From positions 57,583-121,582 of the forward strand of contig CAJUDX010000001.1 in the NCBI GenBank assembly GCA_910584785.1: 64,000 nucleotides of DNA. The letters are read 5' to 3'. Origin of the DNA: an uncultured Lachnospiraceae bacterium (GTDB taxonomy: Bacteria; Bacillota; Clostridia; Lachnospirales; Lachnospiraceae). Positions 54,789 through 64,000 of this stretch are shown here, piece after piece. Position 1 is the stretch's first letter; each line of letters starts with the position of its first letter. The position numbers and the translations under genes are program-made. The notes beneath the pieces are model-generated. The model saw only the letters and a list, made by a program, of their open reading frames with translations. It was not told the DNA's origin and did not search any database.

Positions 54789-55382
54789 ATGGAGATGTTA
54801 AGGATTGGGCTGACAGGAGGGGTGGGTTCTGGAAAGAGCAGGGTGATTTTCTGGATGGAAAAGGTGTGCGGGGCGAAGATTATCCGCACGGATGAGCTGG
54901 CAAGGCAGCTGATGGAGCCTGGCAGAGAGGGGTATCGCCGCGTGGTGGAAACTTTGGGAACTTCATGTTTAGATGGGGAACAGAGGATTGACCGTGCGGC
55001 TTTGGCTGAGATGATTTTTCAGGATAAGAGGGCGAGAGAGACGGTAAATGGGATAACGCATCCTCTGGTGTGGGAGCAGGTAAAAAGGGAATTAGGTTTG
55101 GCAAAAGAGGATGAATATCCGATGGCAGTGGTGGAGTCAGCGTTGTTTGATGAAACCTCTCTTTCCTTTCTGGATGAAATCTGGTATGTACATTCCTCAA
55201 GGGAAACCAGGATGGCGCGATTGATGGAGAGTCGGGGCTATAGCCGGGAAAAGTGTGAAGCAATATTTTCCAGCCAGAAATCCGAACAGGAATTTTGTCA
55301 GTTTTGTGCAAAGGTAATTGAAAATGATGGGGATTGGGAAAAAACAGAAGAAGTGCTGAGAGGGATGCTGGAAGGGATTTGA
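54789..55382 (+). CDS. coaE: dephospho-CoA kinase
   Basis: The P-loop IGLTGGVGSGKS is present and the size is typical for CoaE. Confidence 0.85.
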   Translation: MEMLRIGLTGGVGSGKSRVIFWMEKVCGAKIIRTDELARQLMEPGREGYRRVVETLGTSCLDGEQRIDRAALAEMIFQDKRARETVNGITHPLVWEQVKRELGLAKEDEYPMAVVESALFDETSLSFLDEIWYVHSSRETRMARLMESRGYSREKCEAIFSSQKSEQEFCQFCAKVIENDGDWEKTEEVLRGMLEGI

Positions 55383-55512
55383 AAATTTTTTATGCCTAAT
55401 TCTTTTTTTCTATTGAATCCTTTTTGGTTTTATATTACAATGGTGGGCGAAAAGCAGCAAAGAAGCGGAGCAAATCGAGGAACAGAAGCAGAGAAAAGGA
55501 ACAGGCATCCTT

Positions 55513-56310
55513 ATGAGATTAGTTAGTATTGCAAGCGGGAGCAGCGGGAACTGTATTTATATTGGTTCAGATAAGACCCATATTTTAATTGATGCGGGAA
55601 TCAGCAATCGCAGGATTGAGAAGGGGCTAAATGAAATCGGGGTGAAGGGAAGCGAACTGGATGGGGTTTTTGTTACCCACGAACATTCCGATCATATTCA
55701 GGGATTGGGGATTTTGGCAAGAAAGTATCCGGTTCCCATTTATGGAACAAAGGAAACCCTGGAAGAGATTGCCTCTAAGGCCTCGCTTGGGGAGTATTCG
55801 AAGGATCTGCTGCGGCCGATTCTGCCGGATGTGGATTTTTATCTTGGAGATCTGCGGATCAGGCCCTTTCGCATTGACCATGATGCAGCGAATCCAGTGG
55901 CTTATCGGGTGCAGAATGGGAAGAAATCGGTTGCTGTGGTTACGGACCTGGGACATTATGATCAGTATGTTATTGATCACCTTCAAGGGCTGGATGCCCT
56001 GCTTTTGGAGGCAAATCATGATGTAAGGATGCTGGAGTCCGGGCCTTATCCTTATCGTTTAAAGCAGAGGATTTTGAGCGATTACGGGCATTTGTCGAAT
56101 GAAAACTGCGGCAGGTTGTTAAATTGTATTCTTCATGATAATTTAAAGAATATTTTGTTAGGGCATCTAAGCGAGAAGAATAATTATGAAGAGCTGGCAT
56201 ATGAAACGGTGTGTCTGGAAATTACACAGGGAGAGACAAGGTATGAGGCGAAGGATTTTTCGATTGCTGTTGCCAGCAGGGGGAAATTGTCAGAAATTGT
56301 AACACTATAG
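55513..56310 (+). CDS. MBL-fold metallo-hydrolase (YycJ-like)
   Basis: The HEHSDH motif and SGSSGN N-terminus are present. Confidence 0.8.
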   Translation: MRLVSIASGSSGNCIYIGSDKTHILIDAGISNRRIEKGLNEIGVKGSELDGVFVTHEHSDHIQGLGILARKYPVPIYGTKETLEEIASKASLGEYSKDLLRPILPDVDFYLGDLRIRPFRIDHDAANPVAYRVQNGKKSVAVVTDLGHYDQYVIDHLQGLDALLLEANHDVRMLESGPYPYRLKQRILSDYGHLSNENCGRLLNCILHDNLKNILLGHLSEKNNYEELAYETVCLEITQGETRYEAKDFSIAVASRGKLSEIVTL

Positions 56311-56368
56311 CTGGCTTTGTAAAGTACAGAGGCAGGAAAGAAGAGCGCAGGGAAGAAGGAGAACTGTT

Positions 56369-56641
56369 ATGAATAAGTTAATTATTACCGTGGTCGGCAA
56401 GGATACCGTGGGCATTATTGCCAGAGTTTGTACGTATTTGGCGGATAAGCAGGTGAATATCCTGGATATTTCTCAGACGATTGTCCAGGATTATTTTAAT
56501 ATGATGATGATTGTGGATATGACGAATGCGGTGAGGCCGTTTGAAGAATTATCCAGGGATTTAGGCAAGATTGGCGAGGAAATTGGGGTAATGGTTAAGT
56601 GCCAGAGAGAGGAAATTTTTACCAGTATGCATCGGATTTAA
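56369..56641 (+). CDS. ACT domain protein (UPF0237 family)
   Basis: A 90-aa ACT fold (ITVVGKDTVGIIA) sits immediately upstream of a UPF0210 gene, which is the usual pairing. Confidence 0.8.
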   Translation: MNKLIITVVGKDTVGIIARVCTYLADKQVNILDISQTIVQDYFNMMMIVDMTNAVRPFEELSRDLGKIGEEIGVMVKCQREEIFTSMHRI

Positions 56642-56734
56642 AGCCGTGCGGGAGGTAAAGGATATCGGATATTAAGTATGTCAGATACAGAATAGAAAAA
56701 AGATCATTGTCAGGAAGAAAAGGCAGGACAGAAT

Positions 56735-58099
56735 ATGATTAATATTTATGAGGTTAATGAAACCAATACCATGATTGAACACGAAAATCTGGATGTGCGG
56801 ACGATTACTCTGGGGATTAGCCTGTTAAGCTGTGTTAGTTCAGATCTGGAAAGTTTGAAGAAAAATATTTATGAGAAAATTACTTCCGTTGCCCGGAATT
56901 TGGTGGCTACGGGGAAGGCGATAGAGAATGATTTTGGGATTCCCATTGTCAATAAGAGAATTTCGGTGACGCCGATAGCACTGGTTGGGGCCTCAGCCTG
57001 TCATTGCCCGGAGGATTTTGCGCAGATTGCCGGGGTGCTGGATAAGGCGGCGAAGGAAGTGGGTGTAAATTTTATCGGCGGCTATTCGGCGTTGGTTGGC
57101 AAGGGGATGACTGCGGCGGAAAAAAACCTGATTTTGTCAATACCGGAGGCGATGGCAAAGACGGAGCGGGTGTGCAGTTCAGTTAATGTCGGCTCGACAA
57201 AAACCGGATTAAATATGGATGCAGTTTATTTGATGGGGCAGGTGGTTAAGCAGACGGCAACAGCAACAAAGGAATCTGGTTCCTTAGGCTGCGCCAAGCT
57301 GGTTGTGTTCTGCAATGCACCGGACGATAATCCATTTATGGCGGGGGCGTTTCATGGTGTGACGGAGGCGGATGCCATTATTAATGTTGGCGTCAGCGGG
57401 CCGGGTGTGGTTAAGGTTGCCCTGGAAAAGGCGCGAGGGAAAAATTTTGAAGTGCTCTGCGAGACGATTAAGAAAACAGCATTTAAGATTACCAGGGTGG
57501 GGCAGTTAGTGGCACAGGAGGCTTCCCGGCGGCTGAATATTCCTTTTGGGATTATTGATTTATCCCTTGCGCCCACGCCGGCAGTGGGAGACAGTGTGGC
57601 AGAAATCCTTCAGGAAATTGGCTTAGAGAGGGTAGGCGCACCGGGAACGACCGCAGCACTTGCGATGTTAAATGATCAGGTGAAAAAGGGAGGAGTGATG
57701 GCTTCTTCCTATGTCGGAGGATTAAGCGGGGCCTTTATTCCAGTCAGCGAAGATCAGGGAATGATTGATGCGGTGAATGCCGGGGCGCTCACCCTGGAAA
57801 AATTAGAGGCGATGACCTGTGTCTGTTCGGTGGGGCTGGATATGATTGCTGTTCCGGGCGATACCAAGGAGACGACCATTGCAGGAATCATCGCAGATGA
57901 GGCAGCGATTGGCATGATTAACCAGAAAACGACGGCAGTCAGGATTATTCCTGTAATTGGAAAGGGTGTGGGCGAAGTCGTGGAGTTTGGAGGGCTTTTG
58001 GGCTATGCGCCGATTATGCCGGTTAATCCGTTTTCCTGTGAAAAATTTGTCACACGGGGAGGGCGGATTCCTGCGCCGATTCACAGCTTTAAAAATTAA
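56735..58099 (+). CDS. UPF0210 / DUF711 (PFL-like) family protein
   Basis: The 454-aa protein carries [14 protein letters not shown] at its N-terminus, characteristic of UPF0210. Confidence 0.8.
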   Translation: MINIYEVNETNTMIEHENLDVRTITLGISLLSCVSSDLESLKKNIYEKITSVARNLVATGKAIENDFGIPIVNKRISVTPIALVGASACHCPEDFAQIAGVLDKAAKEVGVNFIGGYSALVGKGMTAAEKNLILSIPEAMAKTERVCSSVNVGSTKTGLNMDAVYLMGQVVKQTATATKESGSLGCAKLVVFCNAPDDNPFMAGAFHGVTEADAIINVGVSGPGVVKVALEKARGKNFEVLCETIKKTAFKITRVGQLVAQEASRRLNIPFGIIDLSLAPTPAVGDSVAEILQEIGLERVGAPGTTAALAMLNDQVKKGGVMASSYVGGLSGAFIPVSEDQGMIDAVNAGALTLEKLEAMTCVCSVGLDMIAVPGDTKETTIAGIIADEAAIGMINQKTTAVRIIPVIGKGVGEVVEFGGLLGYAPIMPVNPFSCEKFVTRGGRIPAPIHSFKN

Positions 58100-58111
58100 G
58101 GAGTGCCGGAA

Positions 58112-58741
58112 ATGAGAGTATATTTAATTCGACACGGACGGCAGTCCAGTAAGCTCTGTAATGTTGATGTGGAGTTAAGTGAGGCGGGCTACAGTCAGTC
58201 TGCGCTTTTGGGCCAGCGTCTTGCCGGAGCGGGAATCCAGGTGGTTTATTCCAGTGAGCTGAAACGGGCTGTCCAGACTGCGCAGGCTGCGAATTATTAC
58301 TGGCGGGTAAACCATTACCTCTATCCTGAGCTTAGGGAAATTTCCTTTGGGGAAATGGAGGGTTTAAGCGATCAGGAAATTGACCTGCGTTTTTCTGATG
58401 TGAAAAAGAATATGGCAAAGATGGAGTATGACCTTGCCTATCCGGGTGGAGAGAGCGCAGGCGATGTAGTGCGGCGGGTAATTCCGGTTTTTCGTGAAAT
58501 TATGGAAACAGGGTATGAACGGGTGGCGATTGTCACGCACGGGGGAGTGATCCGCAGTATGGTAGCTTATTATTTGAATATGGATTTGGCAAAATGGCGG
58601 CTTTTGGGAAGCAGTTTGGAAAATTGCAGCATTACCGAGCTGGTCAGCCGTCCGGGAACCCAGGAATTTACCCTGGAAAGATTTAACGATTACGCGCATT
58701 TGCAGGCCTATCCCCAGCTGCTGCGGAGTGCCTGGGTGTAG
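58112..58741 (+). CDS. histidine phosphatase family protein (phosphoglycerate mutase-like)
   Basis: The RHG motif (YLIRHGR) and a later H (THGGVI) are present. The ATG at 58112 follows AAGGAG. Confidence 0.8.
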   Translation: MRVYLIRHGRQSSKLCNVDVELSEAGYSQSALLGQRLAGAGIQVVYSSELKRAVQTAQAANYYWRVNHYLYPELREISFGEMEGLSDQEIDLRFSDVKKNMAKMEYDLAYPGGESAGDVVRRVIPVFREIMETGYERVAIVTHGGVIRSMVAYYLNMDLAKWRLLGSSLENCSITELVSRPGTQEFTLERFNDYAHLQAYPQLLRSAWV

Positions 58742-58804
58742 GCAGGCTGTGCAGGAGAAACGTAGGACATAACATAACAGGACGGCAGGAGTGAAGGGAG
58801 GCTT

Positions 58805-60025
58805 ATGGAGAATAAAGACAAGCTGAGACTGGAAGAAGTATTTGACCAATTTCTGCACGGGGGACTGGAACGGATTTCGTTTGGCAATCCGACCGAGCGG
58901 GACACGGTGCAGAAGGTGAAATGTCGTCCGGTTTTTTTGCGTGGGGAAATTGTATTTCAGGTCGAAGAGTTTCGTGGAAAACAGGTATTTCATAAGAATC
59001 TGACAAAAAATGAGGCATGCACCTATTTGGCGGAGCTTTTGGATAAGTTTTTCCGCCAGTGTGAGCTGATGACCGATGGAGAATGGGCGCAGATTTTAGT
59101 GAGCAAAAAGGGGACAGTGACGATAAAACGAAAACCGACAGAGGGACAAAAGGCGGTTAAAATTCGCGCGAATGCGGATGCGGAAACGGGCAAAGATCTA
59201 TCCTCCCGTCTTTTGCACAATCGGGCAAAGCGCTATGTGCTGGAAGAAGGGACGGCGGTTCCCTTTTTGGTGGACTTGGGGGTAATGACCAGGGAAGGTA
59301 AGGTCGTTAAGGCCAAGTACGATAAGTTCCGCCAGATTAACCGTTTTTTGGAATTTATTGAAGATATTCTGCCTCAGCTTTCGATGGACAGAGAGAATGT
59401 GATTATTGATTTTGGCTGTGGAAAGTCATATTTGACCTTTGCCTTGTATTATTATCTAAAGGAAATCCAGGGTTATCCGGTTCGGGTTATTGGGCTGGAT
59501 TTAAAGAAGGAGGTTATCGAACAGTGCAGTAAGCTAAGTCAAAGATATGGTTTTGAACAGCTGAAGTTTTGCTGCGGAGATATTGCCTCATTTACCGGGG
59601 AAGAAAGGGCGGACATGGTGGTCACGCTCCACGCCTGTGATACAGCTACCGACTTTGCTTTAGCTAAGGCGGTGAAATGGGGGGCGAAGGTGATTCTTTC
59701 AGTTCCCTGCTGTCAGCATGAATGGAATGGGCAGATGAAAAATAAGCTGATGGAACCAGTACTGCGTTATGGGCTGTTAAAGGAGAGGATAGCAGCACTG
59801 TATACGGATGGAGTGAGGGCGGCAGTGCTGGAGCGGATGGGATACCGCACACAGATATTGGAATTTATTGCGATGGAGCATACGCCAAAAAATATTTTAA
59901 TCCGGGGGATTTATCAGGGCAGGAAGAAGGAGAATGAGGAGGAGATTCGGGAATTGCTGAAGTTCTGGGAGGCGGAGCCGACGCTGGTTAAACTGCTGGC
60001 GCCGGAGCTTTTGCCGCATATTTAG
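58805..60025 (+). CDS. SAM-dependent methyltransferase
   Basis: Motif I is IIDFGCGKSYLT. The substrate cannot be called. Confidence 0.7.
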   Translation: MENKDKLRLEEVFDQFLHGGLERISFGNPTERDTVQKVKCRPVFLRGEIVFQVEEFRGKQVFHKNLTKNEACTYLAELLDKFFRQCELMTDGEWAQILVSKKGTVTIKRKPTEGQKAVKIRANADAETGKDLSSRLLHNRAKRYVLEEGTAVPFLVDLGVMTREGKVVKAKYDKFRQINRFLEFIEDILPQLSMDRENVIIDFGCGKSYLTFALYYYLKEIQGYPVRVIGLDLKKEVIEQCSKLSQRYGFEQLKFCCGDIASFTGEERADMVVTLHACDTATDFALAKAVKWGAKVILSVPCCQHEWNGQMKNKLMEPVLRYGLLKERIAALYTDGVRAAVLERMGYRTQILEFIAMEHTPKNILIRGIYQGRKKENEEEIRELLKFWEAEPTLVKLLAPELLPHI

Positions 60026-60204
60026 TGAAGGTTTAGAAATAATTTCCGTTTATTTCGGTTGCTTTCTGTGCGTTGTCGTATTATAATGAAATGAAGCCAG
60101 AGAGCACGATGCACAGAGCAATCTGGATGGATAAGAAGCAGCAAAAATTTTTTGACGCTCTTATCTTAAAGTGAAACATTGAATGATGACGAGGAGGTAT
60201 GCTT

Positions 60205-60918
60205 ATGAATGAGAACTGGATGGATTCCTTTGGACAGGAACAGAGAGTGAATGCTCCGTCGATTAGCCTGGGCGCCTATACTGCAAAGACGTTTGGATGG
60301 ATGTTTGCCGGACTTTTGGTTACTTTTTTGGTTGCATTTTCCGGCTATCTTACGGGTTGGATTGCGCTGGTTACTATGATTCCTTACTGGAATTATGTGC
60401 TGCTGATTGCAGAACTTGGCGTGGTGGTATTTATGAGCGCGCGGGTGCATAAGATTGGTGTAGGTACGGCGCGGGCGATGTTCTTTTTATACGCTATGTT
60501 AAATGGTGTGGTATTTTCACTGTACTTTTTAATTTTTGAGATGGGGTCGATGATTTTTGTTTTTGGCGCTACCTCGCTGTTTTTTGGCGTGATGGCGTTA
60601 ATGGGGCGGTTTATGAATCTGGATTTCAGTCGGATTCGTCCGTTTATGACAGCTGGACTGATTTTTCTGGCTGTATTTTGGCTGTTATCGATGTTCATCA
60701 ATTTAAGCCAGTTTGAAATGATTGCCTGTACCCTGGGTATTTTCCTGTTTTTGGGTTACACGGCTTATGACACACATAAGATTAAGGAAGCCTATGCCTA
60801 TTATGGGAATAATACGATGATGCTGGAGAAGGCTTCGATCTTTTCCGCTTTGGAATTATACCTGGATTTTATTAACCTGTTTATTTATCTGCTGCGGGTG
60901 ATTGGCAGGAGAAAATAA
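60205..60918 (+). CDS. Bax inhibitor-1/YccA family membrane protein
   Basis: The protein has seven TM segments and the characteristic C-terminal YLDFINLF. The second ATG has better spacing to the GAGGAGG Shine-Dalgarno than the ATG at 60199. Confidence 0.8.
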   Translation: MNENWMDSFGQEQRVNAPSISLGAYTAKTFGWMFAGLLVTFLVAFSGYLTGWIALVTMIPYWNYVLLIAELGVVVFMSARVHKIGVGTARAMFFLYAMLNGVVFSLYFLIFEMGSMIFVFGATSLFFGVMALMGRFMNLDFSRIRPFMTAGLIFLAVFWLLSMFINLSQFEMIACTLGIFLFLGYTAYDTHKIKEAYAYYGNNTMMLEKASIFSALELYLDFINLFIYLLRVIGRRK

Positions 60919-60952
60919 GAGGAAATCAGGGAAGGTTTCAATGCATCGTAAT

Positions 60953-62302
60953 TCATGGATTCATTGGTAGAAGAATGATTTGCCGCCGGTATTCGTCTGG
61001 CGGCATTATTTTATATTTTTCCTGCAATACCAGAGAATATACCTGAGAGCAGAAGATATCCTTATTCCACAGGGGTTGGGCAGAAAAGGGAAGGAGCGTT
61101 TTTGCATCGGCGGCTTTGGATACCAGGGGAATGGAAGCGTGCTTTTTAATTTGCTTAAGAAGGGGAGCTGATTCCCGTCTAAAGCCAAGGATGCGGGCAT
61201 AGGAAGAGTAACCGGAGTTTCGGTAGGCTTCCATTTCCGTGCGCCGGATATCCAGCATCAGGTGAAGAAGGGCGCGGCTTATTCTGGTATAGGTGTACTG
61301 CCGGGTCTTTAATGCCCTGATTCGCTCGGTGAAGGATAGCGGGGTCAAGGCCTGTCCAAGTAAACGGTTAGCCAGTTCAGAAGAAAAATCCAAGTAATCG
61401 AAAATCTGCCCGGAAAGCGGGTGAGAGAGCCGGTCGGAGGATGTCGTGGAGAATTGGTCGGAAGATGGAGCGGAGAATTGGTCAGAGGATGGTGTGGAGA
61501 GCTGGTGATAACGGAGGAGAATCTTGTAATGAAGAATGGACGAAAAATCGTCCAGACAAAGGGGAAAGCAGCTGTCTTTTTGATAAAAGGAATAAAGGCT
61601 GGAGGGAATATGCGCAAGGAAGCCATGGCTATTCTCTGTGCAGGCGGAAGGGGAGGAGGCGATTGCTTTGCGCAGGGCAGTGGCAGAGGCATAGCTTCCA
61701 TGTTCGAATTGCTGTGCATGGTAAGCGCTTCCTTTCCTTTGCAGTGTAACAGGGGAGATGGGGCTGTCTAAAGCAAGCAGGGCTTTGAGGTATTCCATGC
61801 CTAAAAGGTTATTGGGCTGTTCGATAAGGGCAGCATCTTCCTGAGCAAGGCCGGACACACCAAAGGCGATACTTCTTGCCTGCGGATAGGATAGGCCCTG
61901 TCGAAGGGCGTTTTTTAAGGTTTCACGATAAAGGGGCGGCTCTTTAAGGGCGATTTGGGCAGCCCTGGTCAGGGCGGGAAGAGCACCGGATTCACTGCCA
62001 AAGGACAGGTGAGTGATAACGCCCAGGCGATGGAGGAGGGAAACTGCGCCCATGGCAAAATCCTCAGCACTGCCGCAGGCAAACGGAGCAGGGAGCTCTA
62101 ACACCAGGTCAGCACCGCATAAAAGAGCCATGTGCGTCCGCACCGATTTATCAAAAATAGCAGGTTCGCCCCGTTGGACAAAATTTCCGCTGAGTACAAC
62201 TACCAGGTAATCGGCCTGGGTTAACTTTCTGGTTTGCTGTAGGTGATATTGGTGGCCTGCGTGAAACGGGTTATATTCGGCAATAATTCCTGCAACGTTC
62301 AT
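60953..62302 (-). CDS. tmcAL: tRNA(Met) cytidine acetate ligase TmcAL (YlbM/UPF0348 nucleotidyltransferase)
   Basis: The N-terminus reads GIIAEYNPFHAGHQYHL...GNFVQRGEPA. There is an internal Ser-rich 8-aa tandem repeat insertion. Confidence 0.8.
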   Translation of the reverse strand: MNVAGIIAEYNPFHAGHQYHLQQTRKLTQADYLVVVLSGNFVQRGEPAIFDKSVRTHMALLCGADLVLELPAPFACGSAEDFAMGAVSLLHRLGVITHLSFGSESGALPALTRAAQIALKEPPLYRETLKNALRQGLSYPQARSIAFGVSGLAQEDAALIEQPNNLLGMEYLKALLALDSPISPVTLQRKGSAYHAQQFEHGSYASATALRKAIASSPSACTENSHGFLAHIPSSLYSFYQKDSCFPLCLDDFSSILHYKILLRYHQLSTPSSDQFSAPSSDQFSTTSSDRLSHPLSGQIFDYLDFSSELANRLLGQALTPLSFTERIRALKTRQYTYTRISRALLHLMLDIRRTEMEAYRNSGYSSYARILGFRRESAPLLKQIKKHASIPLVSKAADAKTLLPFSAQPLWNKDIFCSQVYSLVLQEKYKIMPPDEYRRQIILLPMNP

Positions 62303-62490
62303 ATGATTGTATTCTCCTGAATGATTTTTTGAAAAACTGGATAAGCTTTTTTATTGTAAATAATTTTCCTGATGCTTATGCCTATTATAAGGGAGATGGA
62401 TGGATTCGTAAAGTACCTGGTGCGGTTGTATGGGCAGGGGAAGAAATGGCTTTGTTTTGTAAAAAATGCAAATTTCTTTTCGGACAAGGC

Positions 62491-62519
62491 TTGAAAAAAG
62501 TATAAAAAACACCTAGAAT
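62491..62519 (+). promoter_or_regulatory. sigma-70 promoter of pduL-ackA (TTGAAA-N17-TAGAAT)
   Basis: The -35 is at 62491-62496 and the -10 at 62514-62519. Confidence 0.6.
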
Positions 62520-62577
62520 AGTAAGTAGATTCCAACGATTGTTGGCAAAATTACAGCATAAGATAGGAGAAAAAAAC

Positions 62578-63150
62578 ATGATGAAATTTTTAGTAGAAAC
62601 CTCTGCACGTCACGTACATGTAACCAAGGAAGATTTAGAGACCTTATTTGGCAAGGGCTATGAACTGACCAAGAAGAAAGACCTTTCCCAGCCTGGACAG
62701 TTCGCATGCGAAGAGAGAGTAACCGTAGTTGGTCCAAAGAAGGAATTAAAGGGCGTATCGATCTTAGGGCCATGCCGCAAAGCAACCCAGGTTGAATTAT
62801 CCTTAACGGATGCACGTTCCATCGGCGTGGCTGCACCGGTTCGTGAATCTGGCGATACCGCAGGAAGCGCTCCCTGTAAGTTAGTCGGCCCGGCTGGCGA
62901 AGTAGAATTGACCGAGGGCGTAATTGCTGCAAAGCGCCACATCCATGCTACCGTTGCCGACGCAGAGAAACTGGGCGTAACTAATGGCGAGATTGTAAAT
63001 GTAAAGATGGATACTAACGGCAGAAGTCTGATTTTTGGCGATGTTGTTGTCCGTGTAAGTGACAGCTATGCTCTGGCGATGCATATTGACACAGACGAGT
63101 CGAATGCAGCAGGCTGCGGAAGAGAAGAGTACGGCGAGATTGTGAAATAA
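62578..63150 (+). CDS. pduL: PduL-type phosphate acyltransferase (phosphate propanoyl/acetyl-transferase)
   Basis: The two PduL half-domains carry SARHVHV and AKRHIHA motifs. The ATG at 62578 follows TAGGAGA. Confidence 0.85.
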   Translation: MMKFLVETSARHVHVTKEDLETLFGKGYELTKKKDLSQPGQFACEERVTVVGPKKELKGVSILGPCRKATQVELSLTDARSIGVAAPVRESGDTAGSAPCKLVGPAGEVELTEGVIAAKRHIHATVADAEKLGVTNGEIVNVKMDTNGRSLIFGDVVVRVSDSYALAMHIDTDESNAAGCGREEYGEIVK

Positions 63151-63202
63151 AAACAAAATTTGGGGAATCAAACCATAAAAAACCGAAGGAGATTGGATAA
63201 AG

Positions 63203-64000
63203 ATGAAAATTTTAGTATTGAATTGCGGCAGCTCCTCCTTAAAGTATCAGTTAATCGATATGGCTGACGAGAGTGTAATTGCCAAGGGCTTATGTGAGAG
63301 AATCGGTATTGAAGGTTCAAAGCTCACCCATCAGGCGACGGGAAAGGATAAATATGAGGTAGAAAGCCCGATGTCCGATCATACTGTGGCAATCCACATG
63401 GTAATGGATGCCCTTCAGGATAAGGAGCACGGCGTAATTCAGAGTACGGATGAGATTTCTGCAGTTGGACACCGCGTATTGCACGGCGGAAGAATTTACA
63501 GTGAGTCCATCGTAGTGAATGATGATGTAAAGAAGGTTATCCGCGAATGCTTTGACCTTGGGCCTCTGCACAATCCGGCAAACCTGATGGGAATTGAAGC
63601 CTGTGAAGCGGCGATGCCAGGAAAGCCCAATGTAGCTGTATGGGATACCGGTTTTGGTATGGCGATGCCGGAAAAGGCCTATATGTACGCAATTCCGCAT
63701 GAGTATTATGAAAAATACAGCATCCGCCGCTATGGTTTCCACGGAACCAGTCATATGTTCGTATCCGGCGAAGCCATTCGCTTTGGTGGTCTTGATCCGG
63801 AAAATGCCAAGGTTATCGTATGCCATCTGGGTAACGGCGCCAGCATTTCTGCTTCCATCGGCGGAAAGTGTGTAGATACCTCCATGGGCTTAACTCCTCT
63901 TGAGGGCCTGATTATGGGAACAAGAAGCGGTGACATTGATCCGGCAGTTGTCCAGTTTATCTGCAACAAAGAGGGCAAGGATGTCAATGAAGTGTTAAAT
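63203..64000 (+). CDS. ackA: acetate kinase (N-terminal 266 codons; runs off the window; not in the ORF track)
   Basis: Hand translation from the ATG at 63203 gives MKILVLNCGSSSLKYQLIDM...AVGHRVLHGG...YGFHGTSH. The frame is open to position 64000. Confidence 0.9.
   Translation, partial: MKILVLNCGSSSLKYQLIDMADESVIAKGLCERIGIEGSKLTHQATGKDKYEVESPMSDHTVAIHMVMDALQDKEHGVIQSTDEISAVGHRVLHGGRIYSESIVVNDDVKKVIRECFDLGPLHNPANLMGIEACEAAMPGKPNVAVWDTGFGMAMPEKAYMYAIPHEYYEKYSIRRYGFHGTSHMFVSGEAIRFGGLDPENAKVIVCHLGNGASISASIGGKCVDTSMGLTPLEGLIMGTRSGDIDPAVVQFICNKEGKDVNEVLN

Noticed and set aside
58364-58993. 209-aa minus-strand ORF
   Set aside because: It is antisense to the histidine phosphatase and methyltransferase genes, spans their intergenic region, and has no recognisable motifs.
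63317-63826. 169-aa minus-strand ORF
   Set aside because: It is antisense to the clear acetate kinase reading frame, which the track omits because that frame has no stop within the window.

Overview
The window looks like a chromosomal segment from a motile Firmicute. Gene content and protein signatures resemble Clostridia/Lachnospiraceae, but I cannot verify taxonomy from sequence alone. About two thirds is housekeeping: polC (3' part), ftsH, a parE/parC-like type IIA topoisomerase pair, asd, galM, topB, upp, a feoA-feoA-feoB iron module, polA, mpg, coaE, tmcAL and pduL-ackA.

The accessory part is a motility block at about 30-51 kb. It holds a GT11 fucosyltransferase, two short flagellin genes, four tandem GT2-TPR glycosyltransferase paralogues and a membrane-anchored C39-like peptidase. 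It also holds a cheA-cheW-cheR-cheB operon with no cheY and three MCP genes. Four promoters in this block share a sigma-28-like architecture (sTTAnn-N14-GmCGAyAw).

The most unusual non-coding signal is a ~113-nt element present twice (41217-41330 minus strand, 50645-50757 plus strand). Each copy is in the sense orientation just 5' of a start codon (cheB, and an orphan zinc-finger anti-sigma gene), and the differences between copies preserve the predicted helices.

Other points:
- a MerR-type N19 promoter with a dyad operator ahead of a cell-wall-binding-repeat gene and a merR-family gene
- an unlisted 59-aa FeoB-associated Cys-rich ORF
- a TTG-start divergent flagellin with a T10 tract inside its promoter spacer
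- a conserved aromatic tail on two of the three MCPs
- an extracytoplasmic CZB-like domain in the third MCP
- a decayed ATPase module
- one tRNA-Gly(CCC)
- several tandem repeats

I saw no CRISPR array, transposase, integrase or prophage genes. All calls come from reading the sequence and the ORF track; no database search was run.
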